From assembly GCA_030141605.1 (NCBI GenBank), contig JAQGDQ010001712.1, forward strand, positions 1 through 28,323: a stretch of DNA of 28,323 nt. Reading direction: 5' to 3'. A program made the translations under genes and the position numbers. Below are positions 11,301-24,000 of this stretch, piece after piece. Positions within the stretch are counted from its first letter, which is position 1; every line of letters begins with the position of its first letter. The DNA comes from Tubiluchus corallicola (lineage: Eukaryota; Animalia; Priapulida). The notes under the pieces are model-generated. The model was given only the letters and a program-made list of their open reading frames with translations, searched no databases and had not been told where the DNA came from.

Positions 11301-14300
11301 AGTGTGTGTAAGGAAAATATTCTAGGTAATGTTATCAATTTGCTGTACAAAATTAAATGCTCTATAGATTTTTCTGCAGCTACAATGGGAGCAGGCAGAT
11401 TTTGCACGCTCACACCTGTCCCAATTTCCGGTAGAAAAAATTGCTAAATTTATGCCCGGTTTACACTATTAAATTCTCATGCTATGGCCCAAAGCTATTG
11501 CATATTGTTATTGATTCTTTGTTCTACATTAAATTTGTTAAATTTGTTTTATAATTTACATTAAAAACCAGTTTCTTTGCCAACTGTATTACCTTCCTCT
11601 AGGTGATGTATTACCCATAGCTCTATGTGTTTTTTGTCGAAATAGCGTTATCAAAACCTTTAGTGTTATGTGTAATAACATGCTTGATTCAAAACATAGC
11701 ACTCACTGTTATTATGATAATTTGTTTTGTTTTTAATCATTGCAGGTGAGACAATTGCGACATTTAGTGCATATGATGGGGAACCGAAAATTGTTGAAGA
11801 GGGTGATTACCACCATTATTTTCAGCTAAGCAAGAGGGACAATAATTCATTGGAAATTATTTGCACTGAAACTTTTGGATATTTAAATGTAAGTTTATAT
11901 GATTAACACAAATTATTATATTATTTGCTCTATGAGTCAAAACTGATTGTGTTTTATAAATGTGTAATTGTTACTGTAAAGGTGACAGTACTATATGGTA
12001 CAGTACAAAATTAATTCTGTTTGCAACTTTGCACTACCAAGCTTGGCCAGGATATGTAATGTCCTGATGCTTTCAGGTCTGTTTCACACCATTTCATTTA
12101 TGCTTGCTGTGTGGACTCATTTTGTACTGTGTTATTTTGTACTGCTCTGTTTGAACATTGTAATATTCCGATACAATAAACTAGTAAAAAATATGCAAGT
12201 AACACATTATTATTTCATTTACTGTTAGCCCCTAGAAATTTTTGTTTTTTTAACTTAATCATTTTACATTTTGTATGAAAAGAGAGCTATCAATTTAATT
12301 TGTATAAGGTATGATAACTGTACAGTTTAGAGGCTAATTTTGAATTACGAAATACATTGTATAGAATAGGTTTAACCTGTTAAGTTCCCAGGTTGGGCTT
12401 CATCTGCTACCTGAATCAACAGTGTATGACGAGAAAGGTGAGACTGAAGACCAGTACGGTCATTGAATTTATATGAGTAGCAGGTCCGTGAAAAGAAGTT
12501 ACTTTTACTGTGTCAAAACAACGGTTTGGCCGTCACGTAAATTGTTATAGCAGAAATATTATGAGGCTGACCGATGGTAGCTCAAAAAAACCATATGGAC
12601 TAATATGAAAATAATAGCCGTCGCTGGATTCTGAGGTATGGAGGCGACCGTAAAGCAGTGAGGTTTTAACTGGCAATCTGACACAGATTCTCTGTTCGCC
12701 CAGTTTAGCTGAGATGCTAGCTGTACAAAATTCAGACGGACACAATTATGGACCTGTGATCCATATTTAGTGGAAGTCGTGTTCAGAATATGGAGCTCCT
12801 GTGGGGATACTTGGAGCAGGCATATGTGTTGCAATAGTAGAGAGCTCGGTGGACATTTTTATCTACCGCTGACATCTTACGAACATGTTGCTGTTGAAGT
12901 TAGAAAGAGCCTGGGAAGCTGGTAGCATAAGTGGGTAGGATCTAACCCTTTTATTTCAGTATTGTATCACATTTGGAACCTATTAAACATAATTGCTCTG
13001 AGAAATGTGTTGTTATACCTCAATTAATATGATTTTTTTTCACTGGCTTAAGGAAGTGGTAAAGTCAGTTTGTATCAACTGCTAAGCTATTATAAACATC
13101 AGTGAAAAATTCTTGAGAGTTGAACAGTAAAGCAGTGCTTGAAGTAATTTGAACTGTAATGATATCCAAAAGAATCAATCCCCGTCTAGGTGTGACCCCG
13201 TAGAGATACCTAGGCTGTTTCACCATTTTCTGGCACATTATTTTAGGCTAATAAGTATTTACATTCAAACGTTAGGCTTGCTCGGTCATGGGCGTGAATA
13301 TTTTCTTAAAATTTCCCTAGAGAATACCCCACTCATGTGAATGGGTTCATTGTGCAGACACCTACGTTGCATAAACGTGACAAACATCAGCTACCGTGAA
13401 AATTTTTTGATCTTGTACATGAGCGTTGTACTGCGTAGCATTCGACTCTTTTTACTTTTTTTGTTTTCAAATCAAGAAAATTGTCAACGAATTTTATTTA
13501 AAATCCATAAGCATAAAATTGTTTGGTCATTTGCCTTTTACTCAGTAAGTACGGACATGAAGCAGATGTAGCACCCCAGGATAGACCCTGTTTTTGTAAA
13601 GTAATATGGCATCTTGTCATGAGGTTTTGTCAGTTGACACTATTATAGTCAAACATTTTTTTATATTTTATTTATTTTATTGCAGTATGAAGGCAAAAGA
13701 AATCTGAATTTTAAAATAGACTGTCGTGATGGAGCTGGTTCTGGAGAGTTGGTAAATTCCAGTTATAATAATCCTCGTCATGTTCATAATAATAATAATA
13801 GCAACAACAACATTGACAACAATAACAGCAACAACCAGTAACTTCAATGTTAATTTTTTTACGTGCCAAATAAACAGTTTTTTCTGCTGTTTGAGATCCT
13901 TAGAAATATGATGCTTACGGAAGTTAAAAGGTTATAGAAACACCAAATAAAGATAAGGTAATTTTGCACTCTTCGCCAAAGTGAAAATTTTCGCTGTTTT
14001 TACAGTCGGTGGTTTTTTTATAAGAAAAGTGAGTGAATTTCAAAAAATAACACTTTATACTTTATCATTTGCGCCATGCCGATTTCCATCGTGATCATGA
14101 CGTAATCGTTGTGGCGCCCTGCCAGGTTCCCAGCAAACACCATTAGCAATAAACCATGCTTCTATAATACAGTATGGGCTTTATACACTGTAGTTGTTCT
14201 AGTCTTGCATGCAGAGTTTAATGTGGCTACATGCTACATTAACAGTTGCATTTCTAAGGGTGACCACAAATTTATACTTTTTCTTGATTATTTTTGTTTG

Positions 14301-14945
14301 TAAGCAAAGAATTCAAAGAATAGGCCTACATGCAAGATTTGACAAGAGCACTGACTGACTTCATTTGATTTAATTTGGCCATTTGGTGTGTTCCATTACT
14401 GTACCATTGGGAGCTTCGTCCATCCATTTTTAAAAAGCAGCATTTTTTGAAAGCTTGTACTAGCATACAATTGATTGACACCTGACCGTACTATCACCAC
14501 TATGGTTGTCAGCTTTATACATGTAAAAGGAAATATTATGTTTAGTCACTCTAAACATTTACTTTTGTAAACGATAAACAGTTCTAATACTTTAATGCAT
14601 GGGAATTTATTATTTTAATCCTGATATTGAATGATTGATCATTCCAGTTGCTGATGAGCATCATCGGCCTGCACAGCCAAGTTTTTTTTTGCTTTTCTAA
14701 GGATGTCACCGCATAATTATTCACCACTGATCACCTTTCTTCCCTATCCATTAGGCATTTAAGAGTACACTACAGAGGAAATGTTTGCATAAATGGTTTC
14801 GTAAGTTTATGTAATACATCCCGGTTCTTAAATTTTGTAAGGCATGCAAGTTTGACAGAATTTTAAATAAAACTTTCTCAATGCTTTTCACCTGTAATAA
14901 ATAACTAGTTATTATAACATAGGTTTATGGCTCCAAGCAAGCTAA

Positions 14946-15017
<72 letters not shown>

Positions 15018-18000
15018 GGAGAACTTGTACTTTATATAAAATGTTTAAAAAAACTGCCAGAATTTAGAAATGAATTATGTACCAGGTTTAACCTAGGAAT
15101 TTCAGGGTAAACTAGGAATACTAAGCGATGTAAATTTGATGATACGTTAAGGATAGTTTTTTCCAATAATATAATTATGATAATCTATCTTTTAGGTGAT
15201 TATTTCGAATGATAAAAGTGATATTGAAGTTAGACATTTTATGCAACAATTTTTATACAACAACAATAATTTGAATTGTTAAAGATACTTATCCTGCTAT
15301 AAGTTTGTTTGTCGCAATGATTCACAAATAAGTAATGTGCGACAGATAAACATATTACTGTAATAAAAACGCTTATTCGTGCGAGCTGCACGTGACCGGG
15401 AAAAGTAACACTAAAAATACGGTACAGTGTATTCGACGTCCATGCGTCAGTATCAAACTGTGTATGGGGTCTCTATAGTTGTCAGTATGATGCAGCATGA
15501 AGATAGCCGTTATTGGCCGGTGAAAGTACAAGAAAATGATTCGGCGTCTGACAAGCTTATAATATTAAATAATTTTTTTATCCACTTTTTGCTTAATTAC
15601 TATAAATGAATAAAAAAGCAAGGTGAAGTGACTTTATAAAGGTTAAGCGATAGGCATAAATATTTGCCAAATTCAATACAATAAGTGTATTCCTAGAATA
15701 ACATCGATACGTTAATGATAAAAACAAATTTTTCGTATCAATACTGTAATCAGTAATTATCGATACATACCGTTATCGTTAACATCCCTAATCAAAATGT
15801 TTGACTTAAAATGTTGTGCCAAAAGATCAAATCAAATAGTGAATCTTCTAGCAGTGATTAATTAAGGTATCTAGACAGTGCATTTTCCAAGCTGTATAAT
15901 ATATATATAAAAGTTAACATAGCATGATAAAAGGTGATATTGCATGAGGTGGCACTTTATATTCCTGATTATTAGTACTACTGTTTAAAGCCAATGCATG
16001 TAATTTATTTATAGACAGACGTCACAGTTACCATTGTGGATGAGAACATTAATCCTCCATTGTTCAGTGAAGACTCGTATGCTGTTTCTGTATCAGAGGT
16101 AATGTTATTCATTTTAATAACTAATAATAATTTTTTAGCGTTGTGTGAGAAAATCTCTTATTGCACTTTGTAGAACTGCCAGTAATAGTCAGCCTTAGGC
16201 ATAAGAGATTAAGCATCTAGCACAGTTTTAAAGTTACTGAAATAAAAAAGGTCATGTAGACAGAATTTGAAGGTGAAAGTAAGAAATTTGACAGGGTAAT
16301 ATTTATTTGCTGCTGATCAAACAGTGGAATTTGTTTTATGATTTTTGTGTTGTTTGTAAATCAATCTCACTTTTCTAGTTTGCATTAACTGATGTTGTGC
16401 TATACTTTATTTATTGAAGTCTTTCTAAATTTATTTTTTAAAGAATTTATAAATCCTCGCTAATTAATACACGAAACGATGCAGTATCCTTTTATAATAA
16501 AGGCTTCTTTTGTGCTTTTTACTTCATAGTGGCCCTTTTTTAATGTTTTTTTCAGAATGGTTGAATTTTTTCTGCCAGAAAGGCAAATTTCTGGCATGTG
16601 GGCACGATTTATGTCGTTCTCCCGTATTTGATAGATTCTAACCAGATCTAGCTTAATTTGTGTAGGCAAGTATGCACCAGTACACGATACATGAAGGAAA
16701 TTTTAGATACTTTCAATAATACAGGAAAAAAGCAAACAAAACTTTTGAAAAACTAACAGTGATGGAAACTTATGACAGTGTATTAAATAATTGACAAGAA
16801 ATGAAATTTGAATATTTTTTACTTGCATCGTTGACTCTAAGATGCCATAACATACAGCTAACATGTGGTGTCATCTGGTGGCTAAACACATTGCGAGGTG
16901 GATACATACAACACATAATATTTTTAAAGAAAAAAAATCAACGCTTTAAGAAATGCTGATGCAATAATTGTAAGGGAAAAATCGTCAAACAATTTACTGA
17001 CTTACACGTTTTGTGGTTCTGATTGCTGGATGTTAATCTGTCAAATAACCACTAAGTGAAAGTTTATTGGGCCTAAATATGCAATAATAGTGTTACATGG
17101 CACAGAAACACTTTTCTCAAGAAAGATGATTTGACAAAGTTGAATTTGCTTACTGACAATTGATAATAAACTGAAAATTGCCTGGTAATTTTTCGCAGAT
17201 ATTTGCAAACATACAAACTATGTGTAAGTATTCTTAAGATAAAAAAGTTTCCAACAGCAGATTGCAATTGTTCATGGAAAGAAGCAGCTACCAAAGCCTT
17301 AACAATGGGCAGGCTTACTTTTGCTAATATGCTTAGCATGACCTCAATCTTGGCACGTATGAATTGCACAAATGATTTAAATTTCCTTTATCAAAATAGA
17401 TAAAGTATATATTTCACAGAATAAATGTAGATATAGAATAAAATTTCATTTTCTACATGGAGCACATTAAATTGTATACACAATGTTTCCATAATAGTCT
17501 ATGACATATTATCAGAGTTAAAACATAAGCTAGAACACAATACCTTAGAAGTAAACATAAATATAAACTGGCAAAAGTACTAAATTGGAAAGGTTAAATA
17601 CAAATTAAACAGAATTAGGCAAAAATACTAAATTATAAGGTAGATGAGAAAAAAGTAGGTGTCAAAACACTGGTATCCACTGTGACCACTCAGTTAATAT
17701 TTCTTGCCCTTTCTTTTGTCAACTTACTAGTTATTTTGAATTTTAACTTTTTGCTTTGTTTCTTTTATGATTACTAATAAATTTGTGCATTATGCGAACG
17801 TGGAAATGTCCACTTATTTTGCGTAAGTCAAAGACGTGGGCATTACAGCAGATTTGAACTTGAGCATCTTCCTATGTTTTTTATTGAACCAATACTTCAC
17901 CAAGTGCATTAGCTTTTAGCTTTTTTCGCAATTAGGACCCCATTTTAGCTTAGCTAAGCTTTTTCGCAATGTACACATTATTGGGGTTTGTGAGATACAG

Positions 18001-21000
18001 TATTTACATTATTGGGGTTTGTGAGATGCAGTGTTTTGATTTGCAATGCTGGGCCGTCAGTTCTGGGGTCTGTTTTGGAAATTTCCAAAATTTATTTGTT
18101 TTTATTTCTTTTAGTTGAGCTTGCCAGAGAGTGTAATATTTCGTGATATACGTGCTACAGACAAAGACACAAGCACTAATAATAATGCTATAACATTTTC
18201 GTTGACTGTAAGTATATTAGTTTGTGGATTTTCGACATTTTTTGCAAAGTTTTGCACTGTCTCTCTATTTACTTTTCTAATTTGTCTTTACAATTACATT
18301 TAGAAATTTTTTCTGTACTAGTAGCTAAAAACAAGGCTTGAGTGGAAACTTAAGGTAAGGGGCTGCTGTATATAATGGAGAAGTGATAAAAGTTCTTGGC
18401 TACAGGTTCAACAAAGTAGAACTGTTTAACTAATTTGGTAGTTGTAATCATGGCATTCCTTGTTGGTAGGATTATGAACTAAGGCTTTTGAGTACAGAGT
18501 TTTCCTAGAGGTTTGTGTGTATCTGTTTGTGAATATAAAATTTCCTGCAAAATCGTACTAAAATCACTAACACTAAATCACTGTAAATGTAATAGTTCTG
18601 TGCATTGTAAACACAGCACAGGCATTTCACTTGTTCAATATGTCTTTAGACACTTCTGTAAGATACGTTTCTTCTTTTAAGATTGAAAAAGAAGGGTGCC
18701 AAAGCTATGAATAATTTAACCGGCTACATTTACTGGATATTTTTACCAGCATAAAATCACAAAGAAGAGGGCTTTCAAATCAGTTGTGGAGGTTTTATAA
18801 CTGATTTTGAAAATTGTAACTTATCCATAGGCCACAGAAATGTTTCTTAAGTATGGTTGGGACAACTGGATTTTGCAGGAGCATTCTAGAAGTATAATTA
18901 TGCCACTGGCTAATTCTTTGTGTGTGTAGCTTTGAGGTTTTTCTTCTGGAGAAATTCTTGTGTGTATGTATGCAGCACCCTCTCTTTTTCATCTTTCTCT
19001 CTTCTCCTCTTGTTCTCTCTTCTTTTTAAGTTATCCTTCCCACCTTGCTATTGCCTTCTTGTTCTCCTTGTCTTTTCCCATCTCTTCCCTTTTTCTGCAT
19101 CCTACTTGTACATATATACACACGTGTGTATACCTTTCTCTTTCTTTCTATCACCTGTAAGCTTGATCATTCAAAAATTGATACAAGCCTTTCTTTAAAC
19201 GTTTTGCAGGATGATAAAGACGGTTTATTCGCAATACAAACGATAATGAATAGTGATGGAGATTTCAGCGGACATGTTATTATGAAGAAATATTTAGAAT
19301 ATAACTTTCTTGGTGATGTCTATGATCTAGTCGTTAAAGCCTCGGTATTTAACCTATTTTACGTTTTTCTAATGTCTTAATTATATAAACAGTTTGATAG
19401 TTTGAGTGGTTTCTTGGGCAGTAAGCTTTCGTATTGTCACATTGTCACATAATAGAATATATTTAAGGTTGTAGGTCAGTATGAGCTACAGTGTTAGCAA
19501 AGTTTTACAGCAAGTTGTATGCAACAGTTTATATTAAGTTTTCCATTTCAACAACTGTTATTATTATTATTTCTCTTTAACGATCTACTGAATTTTTTCG
19601 ACATCTTACTCTTGTTCACAGAATTGTTGCCTGGGTTTTATTACCTTATTTTTGTGTTCCACTGAAAATTTTTCTGTTATGGCTTTTTTGTTATTATACT
19701 GAAATAATTCTGTTTGAAAACACCAAGAGTTTTAATTACAATCGTGTGTTTATCCATTGCGCACTTCAGTGTAATATGACTGTGAGATTTTACCTAAAAT
19801 GCATTTATTCATTTTAAGATGTGACTTTGGTATGCTGAAAATACAATATTCAGGTTCATTTAATGCTAACTGCTATTTTTTCAGGTTTTAATAATAAACA
19901 AGCTAAGTATGTTTTTCTCATTAAAGGACTCACTGAGTTCTCTGTAATTGTAAATGGCTGCACTATGTCTTTATTTTAGGATAGAGTTCATGCCACAACT
20001 GCAAACTTGACCATTAATGTGATTGATGAAGACAATTTACCACCGACGTTTTCTCAGGATGTTTACACAACTGAGTTTGATGAGGTGTGCACGTATATCT
20101 TTTTATCTCATTTGCAGTGCAGTTGGGTGACTGACAGATTTTTGGATTTTGTGAATACTTGTATCATTGATAGAATATTGGGCACCGTATATGACAAATT
20201 TTAGATTTTAGGCAACTGTCATTCAACAAAAGAGTTAGACGTTTATGAAAAAGATCAACACGAAAGAAAAAGATTAAACATCTCCATGTTCTGTCATAGG
20301 ACGCCTTTTGGGAAACTTTTTTGGTTCCACATTTATTGTTGTGGCATTTGCATTACACCTGTTTTTGCAACAGTGGGCCATATGGAGCGATCTCACAACA
20401 TTTTATCAACATTGAGTAGCATGCTGCATGACATGTCAAGGTATCAGTACGTTTGCCAAAACATTTAAGTTATTATTGTTGGGCTGTGAAATTAATAAGA
20501 GAAAGGGGGTGTTAAAAGTGTGCAACCAATATGGCAATAATAAAATATGTCTTGTTGCAGGTATTTTTTTTTAAACTATATCAATTTTAACATACCGTAT
20601 ATACTCGCATATAAGCCTACATCGCATATAAGCCGACCCCCTAAAACTGCTTTAAAATGGCCAGTTTTTGCAAAAACTCGTATATAAGCCGACCATCAAC
20701 TTGTCTAATTTTTGGTTCATAGAAATTTTTTACTATAAAGATGTAAAATGCTTACTTTTATGTTACATACTAGAAGAAATAGAAAAAATTATACATTTTG
20801 ATATGAATAAAGAAGAAAATATTTTGTTTTCTATTTATTCACAAAAAATTATAACATTTCTGTTTATAATTTAACGTAGTGTTCTTAAAAATAATTAGAA
20901 ACCTTCAAAATCATTGTCACTACCACCCTCATCGTCTGACTCACCAAACAGCTTTCTCCCTTCCTCTTTTGTGTACTGAACATTGTCATCATCCCACAGT

Positions 21001-24000
21001 ACCTCGTCTGCATCATCTTCGCTGTCTGAGGCTGTTTCCTGAGTCTCCTCCTGCCACAGGTAGTCGTCTTCAGTGCCATCTAATTTGTTGCTGATACTAC
21101 ATTTCAGAAATGACTTTTGTACCATTTCTGCAGGAATCTCATCCCATGCCGTCTTCACCCACGACACAACTGTACTTAAGGAAGGTCGCTTGAAATTGCC
21201 TTTAGCAGTCAACTCAGCTTTGCCTTCCGCCATCCATAGTGTCCACAGGTTTCTCATCTTTGTCTTGAATGGCTTGTTTAGGCTCACATCCAGAGGTTGC
21301 AGCATGCCAGTCAAGCCTCCGGGTATGACCGCTTGAGTTGTCTTTTCCTCCTTGAGCTTCCTCTTTACCTTCTCTGTTAGATGGGCCTTGAATTGGTCCC
21401 AGACTAGCAGAGAATGTTTCTTCAACTGGCCTCCGTTTCTCCTCACCCACACTTTATCGAGCCATTTCTTCACTCCTTCATCCATCCATCCTTTTGGGTG
21501 TTGATGGATGATCACACCACTGGGGAATTTATCCTTTGGGGGAGTCTTTCTCTTGAATATTACCATTAAAGGTAATTTCCCTCCATCTGCTGTACAGGCC
21601 AATACCACGGTGAAATGAGTCTTCTCATGCCCAGTCGTCTTGATCAGTACAGTTTTTTCACCTTTTTTGTTGAGTGTAATTGTGCTGGGCATGTCAAAAC
21701 ACATGGGTGTCTCATCCATGTTGCCAATTCTGCAGAGAGGGAAGTCACCAGCCTTTCTTTGATCAATAACATACTTTTGAAAACCCAAAAGTTTATGTTC
21801 ATATTGTGATGGCAATTTTTGTGCAATTTTCGTTCTCTGTCTCAAACTTATAGAGTGTCTGTTCAGAAAACGTGTACACCAACCTGTGGAAGCAGTGAAC
21901 CCTTCATATTTATTGGCTTGTGCAATCTTGAGGGCTTGCAAACGAACACTTAGCCGAGATACTCCATATCCATTTTTTCTCTGGGCTTCAAACCACTCGA
22001 AGATCTCCTTCTCCATTTCTGGGTACTGTCCATGTTTTGATCCCCTGTTCGCACGTTTGGCCTTAGGTGCAATATCCAGTGATGTATCCTTTTTCCATCG
22101 TCTGACATTGCTTTCATCTACACCAAACTTTCTTGCTGCCTCCAGGTTGCTTGTTTCTTCAGCAGCCTTTATCACTTTTAGCTTGAAGTCAGCAGTATAG
22201 GACATACGTTTTCTTTTTTCTCCAGGCATGGTGTATTGCACAAATAAACGCGTGCTCACGTTTGCCTCATCGGTTTGCTGTTCCTCTATAAGCCACGTGA
22301 CCCTCGTCTCCCCACGCGCTGCATACCAATTGGCTGATGACGTCAGCTTCACCACTAGCTGTAGCTTTATTACGGCTCGCAACTGGTGACACACAGTGGT
22401 GTATTGCTAAATAAAAAGTAGGTGGGCGGCTAGCGTCTGTCCTTGTGTTCATTTTGTTTCATGCGCATATAAGCCGACCCCCTGATTTCAGTATTGTATT
22501 TTATAGTTCTAAATTCGGCTTATATGCGAGTATATACGGTAAGTTAATTACGAGATATGATTAATTAGTAAACCATTTTATTGTCTTTGGCCAGGAACTT
22601 TTCATTGACCAGGAACTTTTATATTACAGCATGGTGACAATTAGGAATGGCAATGACATTTATTTTATTTCAACGTACAGAGTACTCCAAGTTTACACTT
22701 GTCACCTAAAATATTTTTACATAATACTGTATCTTAGTTAAGAAAAGGAAATACATTTTATTGATAATGAAGTTGTACTGATATCATCTTTTTCGGGTTA
22801 TTAGTTGGAAAGCTCTTTTTTACCAAGTTGCAGTTTTTTATTATATAGAAGAAAAAGTAATACACTTTATTGTTTTAGGGTGCTAATGTTAACATTACAT
22901 TTGACGAACCAATATTTGCCTATGATATGGATCAGGGTATTGATGGAGCAGTTAAATATGAAATTGTGCATAGTAAGTATAGCAGTTAAAACTTATTGAC
23001 TAGTAAATTGACTTAATTTTAATAGGTATATTTGAAATTGAACAACATTGTTTAATGCTTTTTCACTGCAACACTTTCTTTTTTTATACAATATCTAGTA
23101 GCAGTTAGATACTAAACAAACCCTTATGTTATATGCTTTAGAAATCATTAGAACATCAAAACAGTGAAATTTAAGTTGTTAGAATATAAGTAGAATACAG
23201 CTTAAAAATTTCTACGTATATTCTGCTAACTTAAATTTCGCTATTGGTTTTATAATAATTTTTTGTGCCCTTGGTCATGTATGTAATGATTATTTCTTTT
23301 GGCCTAATTTTTAGTATTGACAATAACATTTGTATGGAAATGATTTTCTGAACTCACTAAACAGGCTGTTTATACCTAGAGGCCTGTTCTTTCATGTAAA
23401 AAATTGTTTTTCTCATTCTGACAAAAGCAAAATTTGCTGCGTTTACATTATCACTGATAGTAGCTGCATCATATTAAAAGCTCTATCCGATCACGTCCAT
23501 AGTGCGATTGTTTGGCGATCTATTCTATTCCCCATATCGTGGTAGTGACTTTGAACATGTTTAAGATTTTTCTGCGACCATGAATACCTCCAAGATTATA
23601 AAGCGACCCCTGCTTTTTGAAGTATGTTGTTACTAAGATCTAGAGGAATCTCACTGGAGCCAGACGATACTTGGCCAGTTTTTAAGATTGCTGAGAGGTC
23701 TTCCATTACCGACTGTTGGTGTTTCCTGCACAGAAATTAATATGTGTTTTGTTATTTTCTGCATTGTTCTGCATCTTTCTAGCATTTCACTCCCACTAGG
23801 GGAGAACATATATCAGTTTGTTATAACTGTCTGTTTCAAACCTAGTCATATGTTACATCTTCAGTAAATTATGTTTAAACTAAAAGCATCTGTGTCTACT
23901 AAGAATTAGTTAACATAGAAGTATTGTTGCTGTTGCTGACACCATTAAAAATTCATTGAAGCCATGCTGTGAAAAATCGATCATATGAAAAATCAGCCCA

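Larger units (their letters stand above)
20595..22539 (-). mobile_element. Full-length pogo-superfamily DD35D (Passer/POGK-like) DNA transposon, 1945 bp, in cadherin intron 8
   Basis: Perfect 23-bp TIRs CCGTATATACTCGCATATAAGCC (20595-20617; reverse complement at 22517-22539); TA on both sides (20593-20594, 22540-22541); one intact transposase ORF. Confidence 0.96.

Noticed and set aside
16012-16018. Alternative tandem acceptor TAG/CAG at exon 5
   Set aside because: The sites are 4 nt apart, so the distal one would frameshift; not an in-frame NAGNAG.
18920-19200. Hydrophobic ORFs upstream of coding exon 7
   Set aside because: CT-rich intronic low-complexity tract; only 19210-19344 is cadherin-like and bounded by splice sites.
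20879-22200. Several short ORFs antisense or out of frame within the transposase
   Set aside because: Shadow ORFs of a real, more GC-rich coding sequence.
22230-22394. 55-aa N-terminal extension of the transposase given in the ORF track
   Set aside because: It starts at GTG and runs across promoter-like motifs; homology to pogo transposases begins after the ATG at 22229.
23440-23740. Nearly open minus-strand frame (MEDLSAILKTGQVSSG...)
   Set aside because: It contains stops and no recognisable motif; perhaps an old TE relic but unsupported.
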